A DNA stretch of 63,871 nt, counting the filler, from Intoshia linei (taxonomy: Eukaryota; Animalia; Orthonectida), in assembly GCA_001642005.1 (NCBI GenBank). It is 6 parts of 6 records of this genome, joined end to end, with 100 filler letters (N's around TTAATTAATTAA, not from the genome) between each part and the next. Parts side by side here need not be neighbours in the genome. Positions count along the whole stretch, not along the records: positions 49,357 to 54,737 come from LWCA01001791.1; positions 54,838 to 62,342 come from LWCA01001547.1; positions 62,443 to 63,871 come from LWCA01002617.1; 3 more parts are not named here. The stretch is one strand, 5' to 3'. The position numbers and the translations under genes were made by a program. Positions 50,689 to 63,871 of the stretch are shown piece by piece. Position 1 is the first letter of the stretch. Each line of letters begins with the position of its first letter. The notes below the pieces were generated by a model. It did no database searches and was not told the origin of the DNA. It worked only from the letters and a program-made list of their open reading frames with translations.

Positions 50689-52601
50689 CAGTGGAATCTC
50701 GATCATACATACAGTAAATTATACATACAGTCGATTATACATTAGGTTGCTAACTTTTTGATCGAATTTTAGAAATTAAAAAAATACAGGGCCGTACGGT
50801 ATGAGAAATGCAATAAGAATAACATCTGTGGTGTTTGTTTTTTATATTATTACAAAAACATCGGCCTGCTCTAAAATTTAAAAATACCCATAATATTTTG
50901 AACTGAAATTTATTATTATTATATTATTTTTTATGATTATTATTAACTTTAAGTCGATTAACGGTGTTATTATCTAATTCACCGTCAATGCATGTAACCG
51001 ATTTAATTTTTGTAGGAATTTGAAAGTATTTATGGTACTGTCGTTACTTCACTCCGTAAAGAATCCGAGAAATAGTATAAATGAATTTTTTAATAGAAGT
51101 GGAAAGGTTGCTCTTTAGGAGTGAATTATATGGTAGAACACTTAACAGTAAAAAAATATACATATGATACAACAAACTTTTTTAAATATATCATTATGAT
51201 ACAACTTACAACTATAAACTTGTATGGTCCAATAGTTACGAATTTGGCTTACTTAAAATTTCATCAACCTTATGCCCGTGTTGTATAATTTTTGTGAGAT
51301 TTTATATACGAATTATAGTTTTGTCAAAAATGTTGCTTCTCAAAGATATCAAAGACATGATGCTAACCTACACTTCCGTTATGTTTTATTTACACATTTA
51401 TCGAGGGTTCTTTTTATTTTACAGATAGAATATGGGGAACATAAAACATTACAATCAAATTAGAATCAAAATAATAATTATTTTTTCATTGAGCTGAATT
51501 TCATTAAGTGATATATGTTAATTTTATTACGTTCATACTATTTTGACACAAAAAAAAATTTTAGCAATTACTGATGAAATTTTGAATATAAAATAGAGAG
51601 AAAAAAATATTTTTTTGTCATTAATTAGACCCATTTTAATTTTTTTCGCAGGCAGGTAAGATTGTTGTCAATAGAAATGATGATTTGAATAAATAATATA
51701 AACATAATGGCAAGGTTACACATAATGTTATAAATCTTATTTATGAAAACTATTTCCTTTGGGCAGGTCGATGTTTTTCAAAATTTAGGCTTAACGAATG
51801 GTACCACCGTTCTTAGAATTTTTTAGTTCGTTAGAATAACCCTGTATTTTTGTTCTTAGAAAAAAGTTACATACAGATAATCAAAACTTCATATTACCTT
51901 TTAAGTTTAGATAATTATGTTGAAATTAGAATTTGTATTTTCAATAGATTATTTTATACTAAATAATGATGAAATTTTATTTTAAAACTTAATTGAGTCT
52001 AAATATTAATATTCCCTGATCTGAGTGTGTTCTGCTACGTACAAACAACATCTATTTGTATGTATACAGCAGGGTTCTCAACTTTTTTTCAGAAGGGCCA
52101 GATTTATCAATTTAAAATAATTTAGGACCATCGCCGACCACACTTTTTATTATATTAATAGAAAATTTATAAAAGAGTAGTTGACAATTAATGAGAATTG
52201 ATTTTTAGAGGTTAATAATTGAAATATCGTTAAATTTAAATTATTAAAAATATTCGGCGGACCACGAAAAATATAAAAAGGGCCATATTTGAGAATCACT
52301 GATATACAGTAATTGATAACGAAATAATAATTTATACAATAAGAATAAAAAAGATATAATTTATTCATATTTACATTTAAACTACAATTTTTGTATATAA
52401 TTCCTAATTCCACCTCATCAATTATTTTAATTTTATCAAACAAATTTATAGACTTTCTCTTAATTTTCATTATCGTTAGTTTTCAAATATTGCCCCAGAT
52501 TACCTTTATTTATTAGTTGTAATTTAAATTTGTCTTAGTTATAACAAAAATAGCACAAAATTATTGTGCAATTTGCTGTATGTATAATCGAGATTCCACT
52601 G
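50689..52601 (-). mobile_element. Degenerate pogo/Tigger-type transposon (1.9 kb)
   Basis: 32-bp TIRs cagtggaatctcgat(c/t)atacatacag(t/c)aaatt with TA on both sides. The ORF at 52470 starts MKIKRKSINLFDKIKIIDEVE, like the psq/CENP-B HTH N-terminus of pogo transposases. Confidence 0.85.
52070..52301. mobile_element. hAT Charlie-like MITE nested in the pogo element
   Basis: cagggttctcaa ... ttgagaatcactg, with 8-bp flanks gtatacag / atatacag. Confidence 0.75.
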
Positions 52602-53189
52602 TACTAAATATAAAAGTTTAGTGAATTTACACTGTAGGCTTAAATTAAGAGAAATGTAAAAGTATTAATACACTTTGAGGGGATAAATCATAATGATTAT
52701 GATTACCGTTTTTGGGAAAAAGGTAAAAAAAAATCTTAATAATTTTTTCTTATTTTGGTGGATGTTTTCAGCACATTCTTGGTTCATTTCTTAATTTTAG
52801 TAACCAAAAATTAAAAATAAGTACGTTTCACGTGAGACATGTGTATTACATATTTTATTTTTTTAAGAATTAAGAAAAAAGTTAACATCCTAATGTCTAC
52901 CCATTTATTTATAAAACTAGCAGTCTCAGAAATTTTAGAAATCATAATAATTTTTTTATAAAATTTTGGTACCATTAATTGTCCTATTTCAAATTTTTTG
53001 ATTTACAAAATTTGTTAATAAAATAGTTACAAAATAAAAATGCGTCACTTTGTCAGTTAAATTTTTTTGTGTGTTAACTGGATATAACTGTATCAGCTGT
53101 AACTTTTTTTTAGAACTTAAATTTTTTAAAAAAATGTGATCTCAGAATTTATATTTTAAAAAAATATTGTACATTTTTTAATTATAAAA

Positions 53190-53480
53190 CGGCGCACTAT
53201 CAAAAGATCGTAAAAAAATAAACTTCATAACTAAACTAAATATACTAAATTGAATTGGATAAAAAATATTCTATGGTGTGAACACCATAGAATATTTTTA
53301 TTTTTATTTGTAATATCGTTTGTAGGTATAATATGGTATCTTAATATTTCAAATTTTAACTTGGGTATGTAGTCTAAATTAAATGAACTAGTTAAATAAT
53401 TATTTAATTTAAACTTAAACTAAATAAATACGATCTTTTAATTTACGATCATGTGATTTATGATATTGTGAACGGACACG
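53190..53480. mobile_element. Unclassified TIR element, related copy at 3986-4140
   Basis: Shares gatcgtaaaaaaataaacttcataactaaactaaa...tatggtatctta with 4017-4140. Its right end (gatattgtgaacggacacg) is the reverse complement of the left end at 3988. Confidence 0.65.
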
Positions 53481-53629
53481 TTATAAAACATAGGGTAATT
53501 TGTAGTTTTGACCATAAAGGTCTTCGTTTATGAGGTTGACATTTAAGACAACTTAAATGATTTTAAAACGCGTCCGAGAATGTGTGTTTTTTTTTAATTT
53601 TTGGACTGATTTTATTTTTAAAAAAATAA

Positions 53630-54394
53630 ATCTACGCATTCCCGATGAAAAATAATTTTTAATATATTATCAACCAATATTTTTCAAATATTTCGAATTA
53701 AAATAAAAATGAAAATGCAAATTGATCCTACAATTTTAAAAATAATGTGCCAATTTGTAGTCTACACATTTCCAATTATAATAAAAATCTATATAATTCA
53801 TTCCTTCGGTATTTTTTTCATTGCTACGCAATTTTTAAATTTCAAATTCTCATTTTCAAAACATTTTGAATACAAATTTAAATAAAAACTAAACAACGAA
53901 TTAAAAAAACTTTGTTAATATCATTTTTATATTTATTACAATTCTTTCCAATTTTGGTAAAATTCGACTAAAATATGTTTATAAAGTGAAGATTCGGTTA
54001 ACTATTGATACATAATTGGTATTTTTAAGTATTTATTAAATTGGTACTGAATATATATCATCACGTTAAAAATGACAAAATAGGTTTTTATAATTTTATT
54101 TTTTCTGGAATTTGTGCTATTTATGACAATTTTTAGGATTGGACTGTTTATACATTATTTTTAAATGTTAAACAAAAAATTAAGATGGAATAATTTACTT
54201 TTAAGTAAAAAGTAATGTGATATGATGGTTCCTATGACACAAATTTGGGAACCACTCTTTTAAAGGATTGATAATAGTGAATAGTAGGATTTTTAAATAA
54301 GATTTTCAACGTGAATTTATTTTTTAAGTATAATAAAAATGTGCCCTCGGAGAGCTAGGTGCTGTTTGTATGTAGTACATAACAGTAAACCTAG
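53630..54394 (+). mobile_element. Helitron 3' portion with intact end (inverted internal pieces at about 52990-53625)
   Basis: Ends gctgtttgtatgtagtacataacagtaaac-CTAG|T. Confidence 0.78.
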
Positions 54395-54837
54395 TATTTA
54401 TATATTTTATTATAATAATTATACAATATAACCATGGGCTAGAAATCTAAAAATTTAATATTTAGAAAAGAAAGCAGAAACTCGTAGGAAAGATTTTTTA
54501 TATGGGTATACATTATTATTTTGTATTATATAATATACAGTATTTGTATTTCGTTTTTATGTTTTGTAGTAAACTTTACTTTATCACTCATGTATTAGGT
54601 CGTTTCATAAGTAATGTCGTTTTCATTGTAACTTTATTATAAATCACTATATCTACGAATATTTACTGTAAGCGCGTTATTAATTTATTTTTACGAAATA
54701 TGGACAAATGTGTATTCGATGAAAGAGTAATTTTCGANNNNNNNNNNNNNNNNNNNNNNNNNNNNNNNNNNNNNNNNNNNNTTAATTAATTAANNNNNNN
54801 NNNNNNNNNNNNNNNNNNNNNNNNNNNNNNNNNNNNN

Positions 54838-55600
54838 TTACAATAATCAATAAAAGCTTTCTTTTTATTAGACATTTTAGGTACGTTGTTTGGTAGATTC
54901 TTGTGGTATTTAGCATTGTCCATTACGATGAGATAATTCTGAATATTTTTTCTTTCCATTCAATTTTTCCATTCAACCAATAAAATATTTGTAATTGAAC
55001 ATTCCGTGATAGTCTCTTTTTCTTACCACCGTCAAATATGTCCATTGTTGGTTTGAGTAATTCGCACACTTATCTAATTTCATTTCTTTCGTTAATAATT
55101 GACGTGAATGTACGATTGTTTTCCTTTTCGGTGGCCACGTTCATATCCATTTTTTGACAACAAACTTTGGACCTTTCTTAGTTTACTTGAAAAATTCGAT
55201 TCGGTAGAGGATATATTCATTTTCGATTAACAGATTTAAGATATCTTTAGATACAGTTCTAGTCTTTGTGAGCTGTCGATCTCTCAAGAATTCTCTAATC
55301 ATAACAGTTACGTCGAGTCGTTTAATATCAGACATAATAGCGAATCTTTTCCAATTGCCTTGTACAGTTATATTCGGGTTATCTTTATAATTATTCATTC
55401 CAAGTATCGGAACATAAATTATGACAACTATTCAAAAAGTGTGCTGTCTGAATATTGAGGTCAACTAATTTCGGTTTTTTTCCTTTCCGGTTTTTGATTT
55501 TATCTGCTAATTTTCTAGCCGACTATTTGCCTGTATAAGAATGATGTCTAATTTTTTTTCATGCGTGAGACAATAATTTCTTTTCTTTGGAGACGGAGAC
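54838..55600 (-). mobile_element. Decayed IS630/Tc1-superfamily (DDE_3-type) transposase
   Basis: Frameshifted motifs DYHGMF (55014-54997) and LIVMDNAKYHKNLP (DNAKYH at 54920-54903), with upstream IREFLRDRQLTKTRTVSKDIL. Confidence 0.72.
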
Positions 55601-57744
55601 CTGTGAGAACCAGCAGTAGGCCCGTGCTCGATAGAATGTATAGGTCCCTATAAAAAATTTTTTAAAAATGGACCTCTAAAATTTTGTTACATTGAGAAGA
55701 AATAATAAATTTTTAACTGTTTCACCTATATCGAAACGTCTTATATTTCAGCGATAACTTCAACACCGTTAATGAGGTTTGAGTTTTTTATATTCTTATG
55801 ATTACGTAGGTTTGGCTATATGCTATTATTGCATAAAACGCCAAAATGTAAATGCACTGAGGTTTTTCGGTTTCATCTGCATCATTACAACAGGTAAAAC
55901 CAAATTCTACGTAATTGTTAATTCATTGTCTTCTTTTAGACATCCTTAGAAAAAATTAAAAACTCTATCATAATTTACATATTAAAATAAATAATTTTTA
56001 TACGTTAAAAAAGTTTAAAATACAAAATTAATTTGATTATTAAATGATTGTGAATAAATTCAATTAAAGACTACTGTATACTTAATTAAATAATTAAATA
56101 ATTTTTTTGTCAAGTCTTTCACTTGCCTAATAATCTTAGAGCATAAAAAAAATCCCGCCCACAATCTTTTTATTAGAATGTCTCGTATTCCGTCATAGTT
56201 TAAGCTGTCCTTGATTCAATGAACGTTAATTATTAACTTAATTTAATAAGTATTAACAAGATGAAATTATATCTTATATCTAATCTTTTTTTTGATAAAA
56301 AAAATATCAATTATGTAATTTCACTGATTTAGAAAATAAATGAATTAATGAATTAATAATTAATTTTTAACTAATTATTATATTAATGTAATTAAATAAA
56401 ATTGAAAATAGCTCTGTGCACCCCAAAAATTGATTATGCACTCCCGGTTAAGAACCACTTCTGTAAATAATAGTTAAATAATTTGTTGAAAAACTAAAGA
56501 GAAATTTGTAGTTTGAAATTACTATAAAAAATTCATTCATGTTTTATAAACAAGATAATTTGCTCATAGAGGCGTTGTGCATAAAGTGGTTTCACTTTAT
56601 TAATATACTACTGATTTATAATTATATTATAATAAACAGTTGGTAAATTTAAATCTAAATAGTTCATATCTAATGTATATAACAATCTACAACATATCAA
56701 TATATCAGTGTTTATCCACCTTTTTTTGGTAGAGCGCACTTAAAATTAATCAAAAATTTTTAGCGCTCAAACAAATAACATAATAGTAAAAATCTCATAA
56801 ATATTGAGTACATATAGAAAATTTTTACTATACATGTAATATATGATTTTGCAATGAAAATATGCAAATCTACAAAGTAATATTTATGTAAATACATAAG
56901 ATGTAACATGTATATATAGTTGTATATAGATGTAGATGTAGCATGTATATAGAATCTAGATTTAATTTTTTTAAAGTTATATTCTTATCAATGCATTGCA
57001 ATGCATTTAAATTTAATTTTTTATCAAACCAAGAGAGAATTAGAATGTGTTAATTAAATAACTATATACATAATTAATTAATACAATCTATTGAAATTTA
57101 TATTGTCAATAATATTTTTGTACGGATACATTATGGTCAAACTAACTAATTAAAAAAAATTATTAAAATTTATTAAAATTATTTTAAAAATATTCCTAAA
57201 TTATCAATATAATTATAGTTAATATTTAACTTTAATACATATTATAGTTTGTAAATATTAATAAAAATATAATGTAAAAAATAACTTTTACCATCATATA
57301 CCATATTAGCATGTAAATTAATCAATCAATAATTTTTGAATTATAATAAAAATATACAATGTATATGAAATAATAATAATAAATATATAATATAAATGTA
57401 TATCAGGGGCAACAACTTTTTATAACATTGGGCCAATTTCTAAAATGATATATACCCTAGAATGTGAATATAAATACATTATTATATTCAATAGTACATT
57501 AAAAAATGTTTTTTTTTGGGATAAATGCTTAAAATCAGAAGATATTCACGTGAAAAATGGGGTTTTTTAATAAAAAAATAATATCAAACGTGAAAACCCT
57601 ATTCATCATACATCAAATATTCTTTACTAAATTTAAGTTCACCAAATAAAAGTATTTTTATATTATTATAACGATTTTATATTTTTATCGTTTTTAATTT
57701 TTGAACATTTTTGAATATCTATGTGCAATTTTTCTTCTCTTTTC

Positions 57745-57951
57745 ATTTTTTGTTTGATTTTCAAAAAAAAGGACAATTGGGCTTTTTGACCAGTAAGATA
57801 TTAGTTTGGAAGGTTGCAATTTATTTGATAACACCCCAGAAAAAAACTGTAATTGAAATGTGGACTTTATAAAATTTTAAGACTGGTAGTTATTGCAATA
57901 AACGGTAACACACATAAACAAATATTGCAAAGCATATTATGTAAGTATGGA
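57745..57951 (-). mobile_element. Helitron 5' fragment (inverted)
   Basis: Reverse complement begins A|TCcatacttacataatatgctttgc. Confidence 0.7.
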
Positions 57952-60900
57952 TATTTTAGAAATATTTACTATTACAATCATCTAAGTTACCACTGATAAC
58001 TGATACATGCCTAATAGGTATTACTTATTCATCACGTATTTATTATCTTATAATAAGTAGTACACTCCATCGCTTTTAAAGTTGTACTTCCGAAAAATTC
58101 AATAATGTTAAATTGAATATTTTATTGACAAAAATGAAAACCAATAATTTTATATTTTGCTAATGGGCCAACAAAATTAATCAAAGTATCATTTTTAATC
58201 TTGATGTTTTCGGTTTTAAACCCCTAATGTACAACTTATAAGACACGTCTAATGAATGATTAAAATAAAAATTATAAAATTATTTTTTCAAATTTTAGCC
58301 TGTAAATTATTTATTACCATATTACAATATACAATATGTATGTATAATTATTAATAAATAATTATTTATTAATTTAAAATGTATTGAATATGTTAACTAT
58401 TCAGTGGGTAATATTTACACATTATTCATTAAAAATTATTATTGATTGCTACACTGGAACAGCGTTTATCATAGCGTCACGCAAGAAAAATATACTAAAC
58501 TATAATAAAATTTTCATTTTTTGTGGACATAAAATAAATTTTGACATCATAGCAAAGATATGCCTTCCAATATTTTCAATATTTTAATGTGCATTTAAAA
58601 AACAATCAAAGTATATAGGGGTTAACATTATAAAAAACTGTATACTTTTTTATATAAATGGATATATGTAGTTGAATTAATTTCCATCAAGATTCCATCA
58701 TCCATAAATAATGTGGTTTTCATAACTTTCCAATTATTGATACTATTTTTATTGTTTATGTTTACTTTTTGTAAAGTTGGTAAATATTCGTCAACTTTTT
58801 TATGTGACATTTTAATTAAATCATTTTAAACAGTTGGTATAATTTAAACATTTTTCATAATGTAAATAAGATATTTATAATATTGATATTGATTAATATC
58901 ATTATTATTTTCTAAATGAATTAATTTTTATGAATATAGCGGGTAATTTATTAATTAGTAATAGACTAATTTTACTAATAGTTGTAGTTTATTATTCATT
59001 ATTGTCATTATCAATATGGCTTTTACATCATTACATTCTCTAAAAATATGATTTATTGAAAATTATAATAATAAATTATAAATTATATTTTAGTTTGAAA
59101 TTTTTTTAAATCTTTTGTGAGATCCAGATTCTAAACATGAAACTTTAAATTTTCAATTTTAATTTGATAAGTCATTTTATGGCTCATAAATGGCCTTTCT
59201 TCATTATAATTTACTAAATTCTTTCATCCCTGAATATGATATGGATATGACCATGGATATCCAACAGTGTCGCGAGTCGAATGAAAAGTGTATATTTTAT
59301 ATATAAATAAAAAATATGGCTTCTTATTCCTTGTCAAAGATAATAACAGAACTATTAATTAAAATTAAGATTAAAAATAAACTCAAATTTTTAAATGATC
59401 ATTCCTATTATATTCCCGATCGAGTTATTGACACTATATTGCTTAAAATGATCACATAAAATTTTAATATAAAATAATTTTGATATAATATAAATATAAT
59501 ATTAATATATATATATTAAATATATAAAATATAATAGATATAATATTAATAAATTATCCAAAATTATCATTTAATTTAGAATAGTTGGCCCTTTATGATC
59601 CAGACCCGTTATACCTTGCAATCCTATAATATGGTATTATGGGATATGGGACCTATATTTTCCTCTACATCATCATTTTGCCAAGTGTGAATAAGTATCA
59701 TTTTTCGTTTTTATGAGAAGTGAAATTTAAATTGTTATAAAATTGCATTTATAATAAAATTAATATAATAGTCTGTAAATGTTTAATCATATTCTGTTTT
59801 ATCACTGTGTACTAAATTGAGTTTTGTAATAAAATCCTGAAATCAATAGTGGGTATTCAAATTAAATTACATTAATTTCAAAATAAACAAAAATAACATT
59901 AATCATTTTAAATAATTTTTATAGATAGTAATATTGATTAATATTATGATACGCGATATCTCATATTTTCGACTAAATTTATTAATGTTAATTTTTTATA
60001 ATATAAATTACTATACAGTGACGAATATTCTATAATACAAGAATTATGTATATTAATAATAATTTAGGTGATAGTAATTATTTAAATAATTAAAGTCATT
60101 AAATTATAGTATTATACATTTTTGTTCTCATTGTGTTTGAACCAAATAATGTTTACAAGTGTAGAGAAAAATACATTCAATCAAATAACATTTTGCTGAT
60201 GTTATGTATTGCTACTTTTTAAACGAAATCCAATATTTAATGTATTAATAATATAAAATTTTTAATTTACATCTTATACACTTAATCAATAATCATATCA
60301 ATGGATGATTAATATAAATTATGTTGGATATTTTAACATATATAAATTTTAGGTTGTAAACATTTTATTAGTTATTTACTTAATCAAAATCAATGTATAA
60401 TTTGGAATAACATGTACATTATTAAAATTAACCAAGATAATACTATATGCAGTATAGTGGGGTGTTACATTTTTTGGAAAAATTTGGAATTTCTTTGATG
60501 TCTAGTGTAGGTTTGGTGTATTCATAAAATATCAATTAATTACTGTATTTATTTTACAAAAAAATGACTATTCGAGTTGCGCACACTATTTTAACATTCT
60601 CATACCAAAATATTATTTAAAATTAACAGTAAAATTTAATGTAATATTACTTTAATAGTCGTTTTTATGGCTGCATTATATTTGGTTCGTTTATCATATT
60701 CGGTTGTAAAATTTATTTGTTAAAGATTAATTTCCATCTTAATTATTGTGGTTTTTACGCAGGTTAATTTTTAGGCAAAATATAAATATATACAAATATA
60801 TGAAATTCAACGGTTCTTAAAACCCTAAATTTGTATTGAAATATATTTTAATAATAAATGTACGCCAGATTATAGTAAATTAACTAAATACGTTAAAACC

Positions 60901-61688
60901 ATAGAAACGAATATAAAATAACATACCGTTAAATACAGTTTATAAACTTATATTTTTCGATAACAATTTCATAGCAGATAATTAAAATGGTGTGCCCTGT
61001 TCGAGTAGTGACTTTTGATGTCTATAAATTTTACACTATTGCACAATATTCGTAAATTTATCAACAATTTTTTTTAAGTCGGTCAATATTTAACCTCCCA
61101 CAAATGCAAATTGTTGAAATTAATCAAAAATGTTAAGATAAAAATATAAAATTTTATTCGATGCAGTCATATTTTTCGTTGGTTTCAATGGCAATTATTC
61201 CATATATATTTCCATGATAGGTTTACTATGCTTATTTAATTTTTTATATTTTTTTACTAAATTCATTTTGAGATTTATTTATACTTTTGGTGTTAATTAT
61301 GATAAATTTATCTACCAATAGAATCAAATATACTTGAGCCAGATCTGAATCTAAAAAAATTTACATAAAAGCAAGGTAGACCAAACCAAGAAAGCAGAAT
61401 CATATAAACCAACCCAAAACTAACATCATATAAATTAAATGTATTTTCTGTATTTATCTTAACATTTTTGTACTACAATAAATTAAATTGAAATAATTGC
61501 TGTTGGTAAGACTAAAGATTAACAAATTTAATTTTTTTAAATTTGTATTTTTTATAAATAAAAAAGTAAAATACAGTCTCTATATCGCACTATATTTTCA
61601 TTTTATAACAAACTCGTTAGAAATTTTACCGTTATTATTACTACATTACTGCCTATTCATACATAGTAGCTGTATCCATGATATATAC

Positions 61689-61997
61689 TAGGAACCGGCA
61701 ACCTTATGCATTTCGTGGACCCTTTTTTATACCAAAAAATTATAGGGGCCCCGTTTTTTAAAATTTACACATGATACATTTCAATTTTAACTGAAGTGAA
61801 ACGGTTCTAATATATTCAACAAAATAACATCCAGGACGATATAAAAATTCAGTGATTAAAATGATTATAATAAGTAAATTATAGTAGATAAAGTTTAAAA
61901 CGGTGTTTAATAGTTGAAAAATTTAAAAATAAACAATTTACATATTTACTCAAAGAGCCACCAAAATTATAATGTGGAACACTGGTTGCCGACCCCT
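61689..61997. mobile_element. hAT Charlie-like MITE, degenerate
   Basis: taggaaccggcaacc ... ggttgccgacccctg termini. No clean TSD. Confidence 0.5.
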
Positions 61998-62741
61998 GGT
62001 CTATTCGCTATAATGATATATTTTTAATACCAAAATGGCGATATTGAGAAACCTGACTTTATATGCAAAATGGATTCTTTTAACTTTAGAAAAAGTATCA
62101 AAAGTGAACACCCTAATCGTTAAGGTATAATGTATGTGGTTAAACTAGGTCTACAAATATATCCATTTCATTGTATTATAAATTTTTAATAGATAGTAAA
62201 TCATTATTTGTATAATATTAATTAATCATATTTTATGTTTAATGGGCTTCCATATTATTGGGATATGATCCGAAATTTGTGTATTTTCAAATTGAATTAC
62301 CAATATAACGAACGATTTTGTCAAAATCAGACTTTTTTATAANNNNNNNNNNNNNNNNNNNNNNNNNNNNNNNNNNNNNNNNNNNNTTAATTAATTAANN
62401 NNNNNNNNNNNNNNNNNNNNNNNNNNNNNNNNNNNNNNNNNNTTCAAAACATTTTGTTTAAAATTTAAATTAAAACTACAACAACGATTACTAAGTGTAA
62501 TTCAAAATTTTGAAAATGACAAAATAAGTTTATAATTTTATTTCATTTTAATTACCTTTACATTAAAAATTGTGAAATTCTAAAAAAAATGAAAAATTGG
62601 TAAATTATTTAAATTGTGCAGTTGTTGAATTTTAATAGATCAATAAGGTAAAGCGTAGTTAAGTATATGTTTGTAAATATAATATTTTGGAGAGTTGCAT
62701 AGAAAAGATTCAAACAAACACTACTCTCCATTTTTTCAAAA

Positions 62742-63452
62742 ATGACATTTAGATGTGGGTTAGTTTTAGAAAAGGAAAACAAAGAAGAAATGATGATTAA
62801 GTTGCGTAGGAATAGAGAAGAAGAAAGAAAAAAAAGAATATTTAATGCTAGAGAAAGAATTATTGGACTAGATTTAAAAACTTTAGATAAACAAATAGAA
62901 GAAAAAAACATTGAAAAGAAAAAAAAACAGCATGAATTTGAACAATATGCTAAATACGCTAATAATATGGATGAAACTATTCAAACAATTCAAAAAGAAC
63001 AAGAAAGAAAGTACAAATTAACATGTAAAGAACTTGAAGAATATCGTAAAAAGTATCAGACGATAGATAAACAAAATGAGTATGATATTAATGATCCTTA
63101 TGCTTTGAGAAAAGACATCCCAGCTCGTTTAGGCGACGATGACGCGAGGTGTACCGTTTCTTCAATGCAAAAATTTAGCGGTGAAGATCTTTCGTGTGGT
63201 AAAAGATTATCTTTACAAAAAACTCAAAATCGTGAATCATGGGAAAAGCAAATGCTTGACAAACAAAATGTATCTTTATTTTTTTACTAATTTGAAAAAT
63301 TAATAATTAGAAATCGTCGTCTCAAAAGACAAAAAAACAAATTGATGATTTAGAACTAAAACATAAAATTCAAACTGAGACAAACTCTGATTTACAAGCT
63401 AAATTAACTAGAAGGCAGCATAATATTGATCATGCATCATACAATCTACAAT
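62742..63452 (+). CDS. RIB43A-like with coiled-coils protein (RIBC1/RIBC2 family), first two exons; continues beyond the window
   Basis: RRNREEERKKRIFNARERIIGLD...EYDINDPYALRKDIPARLGDDDARCTVSSMQKFSGEDL is the RIB43A signature. Exon 2 is 63311-63452. Confidence 0.92.
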
Positions 63453-63871
63453 TGGTAATTTAATGGATCAGATTTCATTTTATTTATGAGCAGGGCTGTG
63501 TGGAATTGCTGGTACCAGCGACGTTGGCTGATAACAGCGGCTGCTGTAGCGGTACAGCAAGGCTTTTTCTCCAGCATAAGATTTAGAAAAAATTTTTGAA
63601 TGAAATATACGTGAAATTTGCTAATTAACAATTATTCATAGATAAAAAAATATAGGTTCATTATTAAGTGTTAATTATATGTACTTTAACTTTTTGTTAG
63701 TAAATAGTATGTCGTTAATCAAATGAAAATCTATGAATAATACGCATTGGGTTTACCCCTCAAACATGAGTATAAGTAATTTTTTATTAAATTCTATTTT
63801 TCAAAATATGCTATCACTTCGTAAGTTTTTTTTCTTTGGCAGACAAAAATAAATTAAATATTAACATTATA

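Noticed and set aside
790-63452. Genome-wide stop-codon reassignment (TAG or TGA read as Trp)
   Set aside because: The exons I translated in ABCF2, hillarin, the NRF-6-like gene and the main SLC6 use TGG for Trp with no internal stops, and TAA, TGA and TAG all appear as terminal stops.
25621-63452. Ciliary gene cluster (CFAP276 and RIB43A are both doublet-microtubule inner proteins)
   Set aside because: They are 36 kb apart with unrelated genes and three gaps between them, which is compatible with chance.
806-63631. Many short ORFs in the track (for example 806-1129, 15441-15635, 34518-34706, 35328-35522, 38026-38289, 62609-62911)
   Set aside because: They are antisense or alternate-frame shadows of real exons, or lie within repeats.

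Overview
This is very AT-rich eukaryotic (animal) genomic DNA from a draft scaffold. It has five 100-nt gap spacers (44 N + TTAATTAATTAA + 44 N) and three single-N joins. Genes are split by many tiny (about 33-45 nt) GT-AG introns plus a few kb-sized transposon-filled introns, so the ORF track mostly shows exon pieces. That architecture and gene content suggest a compact spiralian genome such as the orthonectid Intoshia; this is inference only. Recognisable genes are SLC6/NSS amino-acid transporter pieces (a 5' two-thirds and a separate, damaged 3' third), ABCF2, an NRF-6/acyltransferase-3 gene, CFAP276 (C1orf194), hillarin (LIM plus transglutaminase-like), a large internally repeated coiled-coil gene and a RIB43A-family gene, plus four unidentified spliced genes. 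Non-coding DNA is dominated by one non-autonomous Helitron family (A|TC...hairpin-CTAG|T), with nested piggyBac, hAT and pogo/Tc1 MITEs and decayed Tc1, pogo, Buster and IS630-like transposases. I found no convincing new multi-gene system. The most notable oddities are an SLC6 3' segment with TAG at a conserved Trp and an apparent 13-nt intron, a neighbouring gene with an open frame beyond a TGA-C stop, three tail-to-tail gene pairs only 20-43 bp apart, a tRNA-like module next to a Helitron 5' end, and a perfect 24-bp hairpin.
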